Positions 38,187-48,531 of a stretch of 64,000 nucleotides of DNA are shown here, one piece after another. This DNA comes from Lachnospiraceae bacterium (GTDB lineage: Bacteria; Bacillota; Clostridia; Lachnospirales; Lachnospiraceae). The stretch is from the NCBI GenBank assembly GCA_051880495.1, contig JBJEOB010000051.1, positions 1,507 through 65,506 on the forward strand, read 5' to 3'. The first letter of the stretch is position 1. Each line of letters starts with the position of its first letter. The position numbers and the translations under genes are program-made. The notes below the pieces were generated by a model that had not been told where the DNA came from, did no database searches, and saw only the letters and a list, made by a program, of their open reading frames with translations.

Positions 38187-38768
38187 ATGTCTGAGCAGAA
38201 TTCCAGGGTCAAAATAGCTTTTAATTCACCTGTCATACTAACATTTACAGGAATATGTCTTCTCTCGCTTATTCTTGGCAGAATAACTAATTTTGCCAGC
38301 ACAAGACTGCTTTTTTGTGTATACAGGTCTTCACCGGCTGACCCGTTGACTTATGTAAGGCTTATTGGCCACGTTTTCGGACATTCCGGATGGAATCATT
38401 TTATTAATAATATTATGATGATTCTTGTTATCGGTCCAATGCTTGAAGAAAAATACGGTTCCAAAGATATCCTCTTCGTGATACTCTCTACTGCACTTGT
38501 CACAGGAATAATACACATTATTTTCTTTCCGCATGTCAGACTGCTTGGTGCAAGCGGAGTTGTATTTACATTTATACTTCTTGCTTCAATAACCGGTTTT
38601 AAGAGCAAAACCATTCCGCTGACGTTTATTATTGTGGCAGTTATTTATATCGGCGGGCAGATTTACGAAGGATTGTTTGTAACAGACAACATCTCCAACT
38701 TAACACATATTGTCGGCGGAGCCGTAGGTGCATTTTTTGGCTACATCGGCAACAAACAGGAAGCTTAA
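38187..38768 (+). CDS. Rhomboid-family intramembrane serine protease
   Basis: Motifs GWNHFINN (HxxxN) and GASGVVF (GxSG) are present, with a later TM His (LTHIVGG). The RBS is AAGGAGG. Confidence 0.8.
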   Translation: MSEQNSRVKIAFNSPVILTFTGICLLSLILGRITNFASTRLLFCVYRSSPADPLTYVRLIGHVFGHSGWNHFINNIMMILVIGPMLEEKYGSKDILFVILSTALVTGIIHIIFFPHVRLLGASGVVFTFILLASITGFKSKTIPLTFIIVAVIYIGGQIYEGLFVTDNISNLTHIVGGAVGAFFGYIGNKQEA

Positions 38769-38832
38769 TAATACTTATACTTATTCGTTCTATTTTTTTC
38801 CTCCCCTGCATATATTATTAGCAGGACAAATT

Positions 38833-41487
38833 ATGTCCAATAATTTTTCAGGAGGAAAAAAATTGGAACATTACAAATTAACAATCGACGATACAGCAAA
38901 AGAGCTGTCAACAGACAAAAACAACGGTCTATGTGATGACGAAGCCTTAAAACGTCTGGAAAAATATGGCGAAAACAAACTGACTGAAACAAAGCACACA
39001 AGTTTTTTCCAGAAATTTCTTCTGCAGTTCTGCGATGTCATGATAATAATTCTACTGATTGCAGCCGCAATTTCATTTATCATTGCCTTAGGTGATGGAA
39101 ATCCAAAAGAATTCTTTGAACCAATCCTTATTCTTCTAATCGTTATAATAAATGCCATGATGGGCGTTATACAGGAAAACAAAGCCGAAAAATCACTCGA
39201 TGCCCTAAAAAAGCTTTCATCAGCGCATTCGCGTGTCATCCGTAATGGCAGCATATCAAGCATCGACTCTACCCTTCTCGTTCCCGGCGACCTCATCTTA
39301 CTTGAAGCCGGCGATATGATTCCGGCAGATGCAAGGCTTATAACCAGCAACTCCTTAAAGTGTGACGAATCTGCCCTTACCGGTGAATCCGTCGCATCCG
39401 AAAAAAATGCATCTGTGCAAATCCGTGATGACGTTCCTTTAGGCGACCGTATCAATATGGTTTTTTCCGGCTGTTCTGTTACATATGGAAATGCAAAAGC
39501 AATTGTCTGTTCTACCGGAATGAATACCGAAATGGGGCATATCGCCAACATGTTAAACCACAGCGAATCCACACAGACGCCGCTTTCCATCAAGCTTGCA
39601 AGGCTCGGCAAATCCTTAGGAATTGTTGTCCTTTTTGTATGTTTTATAATCTTTGTAATAGGATATTTTGACGGCATACCGCTTCTTGAAATATTCATGA
39701 TGTCCGTTTCACTGGCCGTCTCAGCTATTCCGGAAGGGCTTCCTGCCATTGTGACGATTGTACTGTCAATCGGCGTACAGAGATTGTCCCACAAAAACGC
39801 CATTATAAAGCACCTTCCTGCCGTTGAGACACTTGGAAGTGCTACCGTTATCTGCTCAGATAAAACCGGAACACTTACACAGAACCGCATGACTTTAATG
39901 AAGGCCTACATCGAAGAAAACCAAAGCATCGAAGCAGTGACCTCGCATGCCTCACCACTTCTTCGAAATCTACTTCAATATGCAGTATTGTGCTGCGACG
40001 GTTCAATCTGCGTAAAAGATAATAACATCGTACATATTGGAGACCCTACGGAAACCTCCATCGTCCTTGCCGCACACAAATGCAATATTATAAAAGAAAA
40101 GCTGTGTGAATGTAACCCCAGAGTATATGAAATACCATTTGATTCTGACCGTAAGCTTATGACATGCGTATGCCGTATTGATAACAAAAACGTCGTTATC
40201 GTCAAAGGAGCTTTCGACGTAATTGAAAAGCGTTGTAATTTAGCAGACCTTTCAAATGCACACAAGGCAAACGAAAAACTGTCACAGGCTGCACTCCGTG
40301 TAATTGCAGTCGCATATAGGGTTATTGATGAAATACCGCAGACTCCGAATGATTTCACGCTCGAAGATAATCTTACCTTCCTCGGTCTTCTCGGAATGAT
40401 TGACCCGCCAAGACCCGAAACAGCAAAATCCGTAGCTCTTTGCCGCCATGCAGGAATAAAACCTGTGATGATAACCGGCGACCATATTACCACAGCATCT
40501 GCCATAGCACAGGATATAGGCATTCTTCAAAATGGTGAACGGGCTATTACCGGCATGGAACTAGACCGGATAAATGATGGCGAATTAGACAGGGAATTAG
40601 AAAATATTTCGGTATATGCAAGAGTTTCCCCTGAAAACAAAATCAGGATTGTTAAGGCATGGCAGAGAAAGGGTGCCGTTGTTGCCATGACGGGAGACGG
40701 AGTAAATGACGCACCTGCCCTGAAGGCATCTGACATAGGCTGTGCGATGGGAATTACAGGCACCGATGTATCAAAAGAGGCTGCCGACATGATACTTACA
40801 GACGATAATTTTGCTACGATTGTTGAAGCTGTCCGCGAAGGCCGAAGCATTTATTCCAACATCAAAAAAGTAGTCGGTTTCCTTCTCGGAACCAACATAG
40901 GTGAAGTGCTGTCAATCTTTTTTGCCATGTTATTGTGGCGTAAAACGCCTCTTTTATCGATGCAGCTGCTGTGGATTAATCTTGTAACAGACAGTTTTCC
41001 TGCAATTGCACTTGGAATGGAACCCGTTGAAGCTTCTGTTATGGATGCAAAACCGACCAAAAAAGACGAGAGTATATTTGCCAATGGGTTAGGCATCAGA
41101 ATCATACTTCAGGGCGCAATGTTCGGGCTTCTCTCTCTTATATCATTTTATATCGGAGAACATACCACAAAGCTTCTTAGCGGCGGGCAGACAATGATGT
41201 TTATTACACTTTCAATGTCACAGATAGTCCAGGCTTTTAACATGCGTTCAAACCGTTCGCTGTTTACAATCGGATTTTTTTCCAACAAAAAACTAAACAT
41301 GGCAGCAGGAACATCAGCCGCTTTGGTACTTCTGGTATTATTTACACCACTTTCCGCTGCATTTGAATTAATCCTGCTGCCATTTAATCTTTACATTATG
41401 GCATTTGCCCTGGCTCTTGTACCTCTTTTAATAATAGAGGCCGTAAAACTGATCAGAAGGCTTTTCACACCTTCAATAGCACTGTAA
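38833..41487 (+). CDS. P-type cation-transporting ATPase (Ca2+-ATPase-like, P2 type)
   Basis: Motifs are the phosphorylation site DKTGTLT, TGES, the hinge TGDGVNDAPAL and PEGLP in TM4. The start is ATG 38833 or TTG 38863 (AGGAGG 8 nt upstream). The ORF-track start at 38728 overlaps the rhomboid gene. Confidence 0.9.
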   Translation: MSNNFSGGKKLEHYKLTIDDTAKELSTDKNNGLCDDEALKRLEKYGENKLTETKHTSFFQKFLLQFCDVMIIILLIAAAISFIIALGDGNPKEFFEPILILLIVIINAMMGVIQENKAEKSLDALKKLSSAHSRVIRNGSISSIDSTLLVPGDLILLEAGDMIPADARLITSNSLKCDESALTGESVASEKNASVQIRDDVPLGDRINMVFSGCSVTYGNAKAIVCSTGMNTEMGHIANMLNHSESTQTPLSIKLARLGKSLGIVVLFVCFIIFVIGYFDGIPLLEIFMMSVSLAVSAIPEGLPAIVTIVLSIGVQRLSHKNAIIKHLPAVETLGSATVICSDKTGTLTQNRMTLMKAYIEENQSIEAVTSHASPLLRNLLQYAVLCCDGSICVKDNNIVHIGDPTETSIVLAAHKCNIIKEKLCECNPRVYEIPFDSDRKLMTCVCRIDNKNVVIVKGAFDVIEKRCNLADLSNAHKANEKLSQAALRVIAVAYRVIDEIPQTPNDFTLEDNLTFLGLLGMIDPPRPETAKSVALCRHAGIKPVMITGDHITTASAIAQDIGILQNGERAITGMELDRINDGELDRELENISVYARVSPENKIRIVKAWQRKGAVVAMTGDGVNDAPALKASDIGCAMGITGTDVSKEAADMILTDDNFATIVEAVREGRSIYSNIKKVVGFLLGTNIGEVLSIFFAMLLWRKTPLLSMQLLWINLVTDSFPAIALGMEPVEASVMDAKPTKKDESIFANGLGIRIILQGAMFGLLSLISFYIGEHTTKLLSGGQTMMFITLSMSQIVQAFNMRSNRSLFTIGFFSNKKLNMAAGTSAALVLLVLFTPLSAAFELILLPFNLYIMAFALALVPLLIIEAVKLIRRLFTPSIAL

Positions 41488-42474
41488 TTACTGTGCTGCC
41501 TTGATTTTATTAATAATATCAATATATTTGCTGCTGACTTTTTCATTGACCGGTTCTGCCATCTTCTGGAATTCTGCAACCTGCTCGGCTGTAAGATAGG
41601 TGATGGTACAACCGGCCGCCTCAGCCTGCTTAATAGCCTTGGCATCATACTCATTCATCCATTTACGCTGTAAATTTGCTGCTTCCTTTGCACATTCACG
41701 TATAATCTGCTGGTCTTTCTCTGACAAAGAATTCATTGTTTCTGTTGAAACAATAATCATTTCAGGAATTCTCGTATGCTCATCAACCGTAATATAAGGT
41801 GCAACCTCATAATGTCCTGTTGAAATATATGACGGCCAGTTATTTTCTGCTCCATCAATTACTCCTGCCGTTATTGAATTATAGATATCACCATAAGCCA
41901 CATTAATTCCTGTTGAACCGCATCTGTCAAGGAATGCAAACATCGAATCCGTGTTTACACGAAGCTTAAGTCCAGCAAGGTCGCTTGGCTTGGTAATAAC
42001 CTTCTTGTTATTGTAGAAATTTCTCGAACCGCCTGATATCCAGCACAATCCCTCAATTCCATTTTCCTTTAATACATCCGACTTAAGAAATTCATCACCA
42101 ATTTCTCCATCGAGAACCTTCCACATCGCATCTTCACTGCTGTAAAGATATAATGCCTGGAACGCCTTAATATCATCATAATATTTTGATACCGGAGAAG
42201 ATACTCTGGCAAAGTCAATACCGCCAACTGCAACCTGGTCAACCTGTTCCGATTCTGTTCCGAGTGTCGAGCCATGGTATACTTCAATCACAATCCTGCC
42301 ATTGGTTTTCTCATTAACAAGCTCCGCAAATTTATCACAGGCAAGTGCCGTAGGATGTTCACCCTCCTGAACGTCTGCCATGATTAATGTTGTTACTTCT
42401 TTTGATTTACCACATCCGGCTACAGATAACACCATAGCAAGAAGGATGCATCCAAATAATAATTTCCTTTTCAT
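41488..42474 (-). CDS. DctP-family TRAP-type solute-binding lipoprotein (orphan, no DctQ/M nearby)
   Basis: The lipobox is LSVAGCGKS after MKRKLLFG (start ATG 42474), and the sequence is DctP-like. No TRAP membrane subunits occur in the window. Confidence 0.75.
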   Translation of the reverse strand: MKRKLLFGCILLAMVLSVAGCGKSKEVTTLIMADVQEGEHPTALACDKFAELVNEKTNGRIVIEVYHGSTLGTESEQVDQVAVGGIDFARVSSPVSKYYDDIKAFQALYLYSSEDAMWKVLDGEIGDEFLKSDVLKENGIEGLCWISGGSRNFYNNKKVITKPSDLAGLKLRVNTDSMFAFLDRCGSTGINVAYGDIYNSITAGVIDGAENNWPSYISTGHYEVAPYITVDEHTRIPEMIIVSTETMNSLSEKDQQIIRECAKEAANLQRKWMNEYDAKAIKQAEAAGCTITYLTAEQVAEFQKMAEPVNEKVSSKYIDIINKIKAAQ

Positions 42475-42491
42475 ATCTGTTACCTGCCTTT

Positions 42492-44210
42492 TTATATATT
42501 GGTGAAACGGCCGACTTCCTGTTCTAATCGTCCTGAAACAGATTCTGTCTGGGACATTTCTTCCTGAATCTGTGTCATGCTGGATGTAAGACCGCATGTG
42601 CTTTCAGATGCCATTGTAATACCATCTGAGTTCTCAGAAATTGTAACTGACATTCTCTTAATCAGCTCTGCCACATCACTGATTGAATCCTTAAGCTGCA
42701 TGGAATCATTGGTGAAGCTCTGCATAATACTGTCAAATTCCGAAGCATCATTATGATACTGTGTTCCCATATTAACAAGCTTGTCATAATCAGGCAGAAC
42801 AACGTTAATAAGGAACTCTATCATCTTATTAGCATTTTCTGCAAGTCCGTTAACCGAGCTTGTAACTTCACGGCTGATATTCTGGATATCATTTGCCGTA
42901 TTACGGCTTGAATCAGCAAGCATACGAATCTCATCAGCGACAACCGCAAAGCCTTTACCGGCTTCACCGGCTCTGGCAGCCTCAATGGAAGCGTTAAGCG
43001 CAAGAAGATTGGTCTGGGTTGAAATACTTAAAATATCTTCCGTAAGTGAATTAATCTGCTCGACATCTTTACTCTTCTCAAGAGATTCCTGAACCAGACT
43101 TCTGATTTCTTCTGCCATGATGCTTGTATTATTCTTACTGTCAACACCTTCATCGTGCATCTTTACCGCTCTTACTTTAATATCCTTTGCAAGTTCTGAA
43201 CCATCGCCCGCCTGTCTGGCTATATTATCCATTCTTTCACTGATAAGACCTGCCTGGTCACTTATATGGTCTGCTGCCGTTGACAGCTCTGTCATTCCGG
43301 CCGCAAGCTGCTGCATTGTTGCAGAAACATCCATGATATTGCCGTCTGCCGTAGAAATCTGACCATACACGTTGTTAACACTTCTTTTCATCTCGCTGGT
43401 ATCGGTCTGAATCTCAGCAATAATATTATGTAATACATCAATGAACTTATTAAGACAGGCAACGAGTTGTCCGACCTCATCTGATGACCTCTGTGTAACT
43501 CTCGTTGTAAGGTCTCCGTTACCGGCTTCAATCTCACTTATAATCTGCTGAATTTCTTTGGTTGCAAGGGTAGTCGGTTTTATTATTGTAAATCTCGCAA
43601 TAAGAACTCCTGCAACGATAACTGCAACAAGCAAAATAAATACTACACCGAACGTAATCCGGCTCGCCGTGGTATCATCTTCAAGCTGCTTCTGTGCTCT
43701 TAATGTGTTAACCGTATTCTGGACTTCAACTGAGTGAACCCTTATTGAAAGGTCATCGTACAATGCACTCAGATATTCATCTGCTTCATTAATATTTTTT
43801 ATTCTGCCCAGATCAATTAACGACAGTACCTTAGTGTACTCCGAATTGTAATTTTCATACGATGCCTTCAGCTTTTCAATTGCTTCAATTCCCCTGTCCG
43901 TCACAGCATGTTCGGCAAGATTCTGGAACAAAGTAAGAATAGCGCCCTGAGTTGTAGTTATTTTACTCATTGTCGAACTCTTTGCCTCATCATCTACAAG
44001 CATATATTCCATCATATATGACTGCAGCCTGACAACATTCATTGAAATTGAATCAACTTCTTCAATACTGGATAAATAATCTCCACTGATTTCTTTTGTT
44101 ATATCACCCATACTGTTAATTCGGAAATTGATAATAAGCATACCAATCATACATATTACAAATACAAGTACAAGGATATAATTGATTTTCGCCCCGATTG
44201 ATTTGAACAT
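42492..44210 (-). CDS. Methyl-accepting chemotaxis protein (four-helix-bundle type sensor, HAMP)
   Basis: Two TM helices flank a ~170-aa helical periplasmic domain. The signalling hairpin is [31 protein letters not shown]. Confidence 0.85.
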   Translation of the reverse strand: MFKSIGAKINYILVLVFVICMIGMLIINFRINSMGDITKEISGDYLSSIEEVDSISMNVVRLQSYMMEYMLVDDEAKSSTMSKITTTQGAILTLFQNLAEHAVTDRGIEAIEKLKASYENYNSEYTKVLSLIDLGRIKNINEADEYLSALYDDLSIRVHSVEVQNTVNTLRAQKQLEDDTTASRITFGVVFILLVAVIVAGVLIARFTIIKPTTLATKEIQQIISEIEAGNGDLTTRVTQRSSDEVGQLVACLNKFIDVLHNIIAEIQTDTSEMKRSVNNVYGQISTADGNIMDVSATMQQLAAGMTELSTAADHISDQAGLISERMDNIARQAGDGSELAKDIKVRAVKMHDEGVDSKNNTSIMAEEIRSLVQESLEKSKDVEQINSLTEDILSISTQTNLLALNASIEAARAGEAGKGFAVVADEIRMLADSSRNTANDIQNISREVTSSVNGLAENANKMIEFLINVVLPDYDKLVNMGTQYHNDASEFDSIMQSFTNDSMQLKDSISDVAELIKRMSVTISENSDGITMASESTCGLTSSMTQIQEEMSQTESVSGRLEQEVGRFTNI

Positions 44211-44292
44211 ATAATTTTTCTCCTTTGACTTAATATGATTATTATATCACATTATGAGTAAAAAATTAACAATTTTCTACAATTTTTTCAAT

Positions 44293-45477
44293 TTATTCTT
44301 CAATTTCTGTTTCATTATCATAATTATCTGTAAAATAATGCTTTTCACCGTTTTTCTTGTAAGCAATTATGGTGCTGAGGTTAACATTTTCAACACTCTT
44401 AAATATATTTCCCTCTACAAACGGATTTGTCTTCTTTAATTCTGCAATCAGCTTCTTGGTTTCAAGCCTTTTTGACTCGCTGACGCCATCTTCGTTACAT
44501 GATGAACAGTTCTCGGTAAAATGACATGCACACTGAAGGAAATGAAGACCGTTATAATCCCTCCAGCGCTTAATGTCATCCTCTCTTATTAGATACATCG
44601 GTCTTATAAGTTCCATACCCGGGAAATTGGTGCTGTGAAGCTTCGGCATCATCGTCTGCACCTGACCGCCGTACAACATTCCCATAAGTATTGTTTCAAT
44701 AACGTCATCATAATGATGCCCCAGCGCTATCTTGTTGCATCCGAGTTCCTTTGCCTTATTATACAAATGCCCTCTTCTCATTCTCGCACACAAATAACAC
44801 GGTGATTTTTCTATTTCATACACCGCATCAAAAATATCTGATTCAAATATCGTTATAGGAATATTAAGCATCCTTGCATTATTCTCGATTACCTTCCTGT
44901 TGGCTTCGCTGTATCCCGGGTCCATAACCAGAAATTCAAGTTCAAAATTAAATTTGTTATGTTTCTTAAGTTCCTGAAAGAGCTTGGCCATCAGCATCGA
45001 ATCCTTGCCGCCTGAAATGCATACTGCAACCCTGTCATTTTCTTTAAGAAGCTCATACAAATTAATAGCCTTGGCAAATTTTGAAAATAATTCCTTATGG
45101 AATTTCTTCCTGATGCTCTTCTCAATCTCAGCACAGCGCTCATTTTCCGCATCATTTTCCATAGTCTCATTCATTGAAGACAAAAGCCATCCTGTATATC
45201 CTCCCACAAGGCTGTATGCATCAAATCCCATTTGTCTGAACGTTGATGCACATTCTTTGCTGTAAATGCCCTTTGCGCAGTAGAATACAATTTTTTTCGA
45301 ACTAATATCTGTGCCCAGAATCTCCCTTATTTTTTGTTCCAGCTCATCCTCATCAAAATGTACTGCCCCCGGAATCATTCCGTACTGAATGTTTCCTTCG
45401 TTTCTTATATCAACGAGAAGATATTGGTCAGAGGACATTTTTTTAATATATTCATAATCAAGTTCCGGATTTTCCAT
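44293..45477 (-). CDS. ttcA: Rhodanese domain fused to TtcA-like PP-loop tRNA thiolase
   Basis: The N-terminal rhodanese has LLVDIRN and the active-site loop FYCAKGIYS. The PP-loop is CISGGKDS, with Cys clusters CYLCARMRRG and CACHF..CSSC. Confidence 0.75.
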   Translation of the reverse strand: MENPELDYEYIKKMSSDQYLLVDIRNEGNIQYGMIPGAVHFDEDELEQKIREILGTDISSKKIVFYCAKGIYSKECASTFRQMGFDAYSLVGGYTGWLLSSMNETMENDAENERCAEIEKSIRKKFHKELFSKFAKAINLYELLKENDRVAVCISGGKDSMLMAKLFQELKKHNKFNFELEFLVMDPGYSEANRKVIENNARMLNIPITIFESDIFDAVYEIEKSPCYLCARMRRGHLYNKAKELGCNKIALGHHYDDVIETILMGMLYGGQVQTMMPKLHSTNFPGMELIRPMYLIREDDIKRWRDYNGLHFLQCACHFTENCSSCNEDGVSESKRLETKKLIAELKKTNPFVEGNIFKSVENVNLSTIIAYKKNGEKHYFTDNYDNETEIEE

Positions 45478-45588
45478 TTATTCTCCTTTACAAGCCAGTT
45501 ATTTTGATATTTATTACTATCATTTTACCATAATATCATTCTTTTGTTTATTACTATTTTTATCCTGTCAGTGCCAAAAACCTCTCAA

Positions 45589-45631
45589 AGAAAAAACGGG
45601 CATTGCCATATCATATGACGAATACCCGTTT
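45589..45631 (-). terminator. Rho-independent terminator after cysK
   Basis: On the minus strand, AAACGGGTAT..ATGCCCGTTT (one G.U) is followed by TTTTTCTTT. Confidence 0.55.
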
Positions 45632-45652
45632 CAGACTTATTTTTATATTATA

Positions 45653-46588
45653 TTATTCAGCAAACAAAGGTGTTGAAAGATATCTGTCACCTGAGTCAGG
45701 AAGGAGTGCTACAATCGTCTTTCCCTTATTTTCAGGTCTTGCTGCAAGAATTGTTGCCGCCTTTAATGCTGCACCTGATGAAATACCTACAAGGATACCT
45801 TCGCTAACGGCAAACTTTTTGCCTTCTGCAAATGCATCTTCATTTTCAATAGTAATTACTTCGTCATAAATCTTTGTATTTAATACATCAGGAACGAATC
45901 CGGCTCCGATTCCCTGAATCTTATGAGGTCCGGCAGTTCCCTGTGATAATACAGGACTTGTTGCCGGTTCAACAGCAACCACCTTAACATTCGGATTCTT
46001 TGACTTAAGATACTCACCGACACCGGTTACAGTACCGCCTGTACCAACGCCTGCAACAAAAATGTCTACCTTTCCGTCTGTCTGCTCCCAGATTTCAGGT
46101 CCGGTTGTTTCTCTATGTACCTTTGGATTTGCAGGATTAACGAACTGTCCTAGAATCACTGCACCCTCAATTGAATCCCTAAGCTCCTCTGCCTTGGCGA
46201 TTGCGCCCTTCATTCCCTTGGCTCCTTCAGTTAAAACCAGCTGAGCACCGTATGCCTTTAAAAGATTTCTACGTTCAACGCTCATTGTATCCGGCAATGT
46301 AAGAATTGCCTTGTATCCCTTGGCAGCTGCCACTGATGCAAGACCGATACCTGTATTACCGCTTGTCGGTTCAATTATTGTAGCACCAGGTTTTAATATT
46401 CCTTTAGCCTCTGCATCCTCAATCATTGATAATGCTACTCTGTCTTTTACCGAGCCTGCCGGATTAAGATACTCAAGCTTTGCTAAAATAGTAGCTTCTG
46501 TTGCTCCCGCTTTCTTTGAATAGTTATTAAGTTTTAAGATTGGTGTTTTTCCAATAAGTTCTGCTGCGCTTTCTCTGATATCTCCCAT
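45653..46588 (-). CDS. cysK: Cysteine synthase A (O-acetylserine sulfhydrylase)
   Basis: The PLP-Lys motif is NPAGSVKDR and GTGGT is present. The start ATG 46588 follows GGAGGG. Confidence 0.9.
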   Translation of the reverse strand: MGDIRESAAELIGKTPILKLNNYSKKAGATEATILAKLEYLNPAGSVKDRVALSMIEDAEAKGILKPGATIIEPTSGNTGIGLASVAAAKGYKAILTLPDTMSVERRNLLKAYGAQLVLTEGAKGMKGAIAKAEELRDSIEGAVILGQFVNPANPKVHRETTGPEIWEQTDGKVDIFVAGVGTGGTVTGVGEYLKSKNPNVKVVAVEPATSPVLSQGTAGPHKIQGIGAGFVPDVLNTKIYDEVITIENEDAFAEGKKFAVSEGILVGISSGAALKAATILAARPENKGKTIVALLPDSGDRYLSTPLFAE

Positions 46589-46648
46589 ATTTTTGCCCTC
46601 CATTTATTCCTAGTATTTAGCTAGGTGTTATATGATTTATTTTTCTTT

Positions 46649-46677
46649 ATTATACAAATCAGCCATTCATATGTCAA
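46649..46677 (-). promoter_or_regulatory. Consensus sigma-A promoter TTGACA-N17-TATAAT for cysK
   Basis: On the minus strand the -35 is at 46677-46672 and the -10 at 46654-46649. The leader is about 55 nt, too short for a T-box or S-box. Confidence 0.65.
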
Positions 46678-46711
46678 TTTGAAAAATATTATTACTCGTT
46701 ATAGTTTAAAG

Positions 46712-46752
46712 CTATAAAAGAGGCTGTCGCTTAAAATAAAGCTACAGCCTCC
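46712..46752 (-). terminator. Rho-independent terminator after cysE
   Basis: On the minus strand, GAGGCTGT..ACAGCCTC is followed by TTTTAT. Confidence 0.65.
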
Positions 46753-46775
46753 AAAAATGTCATTTATTTATACCA

Positions 46776-47723
46776 TTATATAATATAGAACCAGTTTTCA
46801 TCGTCATCAGCTGCCACCATTTTACCGTTACGTTTCATCTGAAGTTCCTGATTTTTAACACTTACCCTTGTTCCCTCTTTAATCGACTTGGTGATAAATG
46901 CATTACCTCCAACAACAACATTTTCCTCAATAACCGTATCACCTCCGAGTATGGAAGCTCCCGAGTAGATTGTAACATTATCACCGATAGTCGGATGTCT
47001 CTTGGTTCCGCGAAGTTTTTGTCCTTCCTTGGTTGATAATGCACCGAGCGTAACGCCCTGATAAATCTTAACGTTATCACCGATAGTTGTCGTTTCACCG
47101 ATAACTATACCTGTACCATGGTCGATAAAGAAATATTTTCCAATGGTCGCGCCCGGATGAATATCGATTCCCGTCACATTGTGTGCATGCTCCGTCATTA
47201 TTCGCGGTATCATAGGCACTGACAGCTTAAAAAGTTCATGTGCAAGACGATAGACTGTAATTGCATAAAATCCCGGATAAGAGAATATAACCTCATCCTT
47301 GCTGCTTGCTGCAGGGTCTCCATCGACTGCCGCCTGAAGATCGGTATCCAGATACTCGCGGATTAAAGGAATCGTATTTAAAAATTTAACTGATATTTCC
47401 TGTGCCATTTCTTCAAGCTCTTCATCCGTTTTATCCGGATATTTCTCACAATACTTTAACACTATTGTTATCTGCTTGTTCAAATGAAACATAACATCCT
47501 CAATAACGGTTGATACATGATTCTCAATACTGTAAATCTTATAAACCTTATCCTTGAAAAAACCCGGATACAGAATATACTGAAGTTTCTGTACCATATC
47601 AAGTATTTCTTCCCTGTCAGGCTGATTGTATATATTTGCCTTATCAATTGCCCTGTTTTTCTGATAATCGCTAAGGATATTTTTAACTATTCCGTTTATT
47701 TCTTCTTCGATACGCTTACCCAT
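46776..47723 (-). CDS. cysE: Serine O-acetyltransferase (long form)
   Basis: The C-terminal left-handed beta-helix hexapeptide repeats are GATIGKYFFIDHGTGIVIGETTTIGDNVKIYQGVTLG. The RBS is GGAGGT. Confidence 0.85.
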   Translation of the reverse strand: MGKRIEEEINGIVKNILSDYQKNRAIDKANIYNQPDREEILDMVQKLQYILYPGFFKDKVYKIYSIENHVSTVIEDVMFHLNKQITIVLKYCEKYPDKTDEELEEMAQEISVKFLNTIPLIREYLDTDLQAAVDGDPAASSKDEVIFSYPGFYAITVYRLAHELFKLSVPMIPRIMTEHAHNVTGIDIHPGATIGKYFFIDHGTGIVIGETTTIGDNVKIYQGVTLGALSTKEGQKLRGTKRHPTIGDNVTIYSGASILGGDTVIEENVVVGGNAFITKSIKEGTRVSVKNQELQMKRNGKMVAADDDENWFYII

Positions 47724-47787
47724 TGTAAACCTCCAGACCTTAATCAGTGAAAATTATAACGCACCCGCCTTATAAAGTCAAAATGCA

Positions 47788-48513
47788 CTATAGTATACAT
47801 AAATCTTTGATAACCTCACCGGCAATAATAAGCCCGGCTACGGATGGTACAAATGCTACACTTCCCGGCGTCTGTCTCTTTTTTGAAGGTGTGCTTTCCT
47901 CACCTGCAAGCTGACTGTCAGGAGAAAGCGGCTCCTCTTTAGAGTATACTACCTTAAGGCTGTCAATGTTTCTTTTCTTAAGTTCACGCCTCATTACCCT
48001 GGCAAGCGGACAGACTGAAGTCTTATAAATATCCGCCACCTCAAATGCCGTCGGATCCAGCTTATTTCCCGCACCCATAGAGCTTATAACGGGTGTGCTG
48101 CATCTTTTGGCTTCCGTAACAATCGCTATTTTCCCTGAAACTGTATCAATCGCATCTACAACATAATCATACCTGCTAAAATCAAAACTTTCGGCTGTTT
48201 CAGGCAGGTAAAACATCTCACAATCATTTACAACTGCATCGGGATTAATTTCAAGCACCCGCTCCTTTGCCGCCTGTACCTTGCTTTTACCAACAGTCTT
48301 TGTTGTCGCAATAATCTGTCTGTTTATGTTTGATTCGGCAACAGTGTCATTATCCACAAGTGTCAGTGTTCCGATTCCGCTCCTGGCCAGCGCCTCTGTC
48401 ACATAACCTCCGACACCGCCTACACCAAATATAATGACATGCGAATTTTTAAGTTTTTCCATGCTGTCACTTCCAAGAAGCATCTGCGTTCTGATAAACT
48501 TTTCCTGTATCAT
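47788..48513 (-). CDS. tcdA: ThiF/E1-like tRNA threonylcarbamoyladenosine dehydratase
   Basis: The Rossmann motif is VIIFGVGGVGGYVTEALARSGIGTLTLVDNDTV, and the length and sequence are TcdA/CsdL-like. Confidence 0.75.
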   Translation of the reverse strand: MIQEKFIRTQMLLGSDSMEKLKNSHVIIFGVGGVGGYVTEALARSGIGTLTLVDNDTVAESNINRQIIATTKTVGKSKVQAAKERVLEINPDAVVNDCEMFYLPETAESFDFSRYDYVVDAIDTVSGKIAIVTEAKRCSTPVISSMGAGNKLDPTAFEVADIYKTSVCPLARVMRRELKKRNIDSLKVVYSKEEPLSPDSQLAGEESTPSKKRQTPGSVAFVPSVAGLIIAGEVIKDLCIL

Positions 48514-48531
48514 TATTACCTCGTATGATAA

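Noticed and set aside
38871-39890. A 339-aa ORF lies antisense to the P-type ATPase gene, with further antisense ORFs at 39975-40523, 40527-40850 and 40851-41105.
   Set aside because: The sense-strand product has every P-type ATPase signature. The antisense translation is low-complexity and Ser/Ile/Phe-rich, with no RBS or recognisable motif. Similar shadow ORFs occur opposite many genes here (for example 10986-11360, 34635-35033 and 58471-58851), which fits a codon-usage artefact.
44236-44252. TATCACATTATGAG upstream of the second MCP resembles the 4554-4664 repeat unit.
   Set aside because: The match is short and AT-rich, with an indel. On the minus strand it is fully explained as an extended -10 promoter element (TGATATAAT) for the MCP gene.
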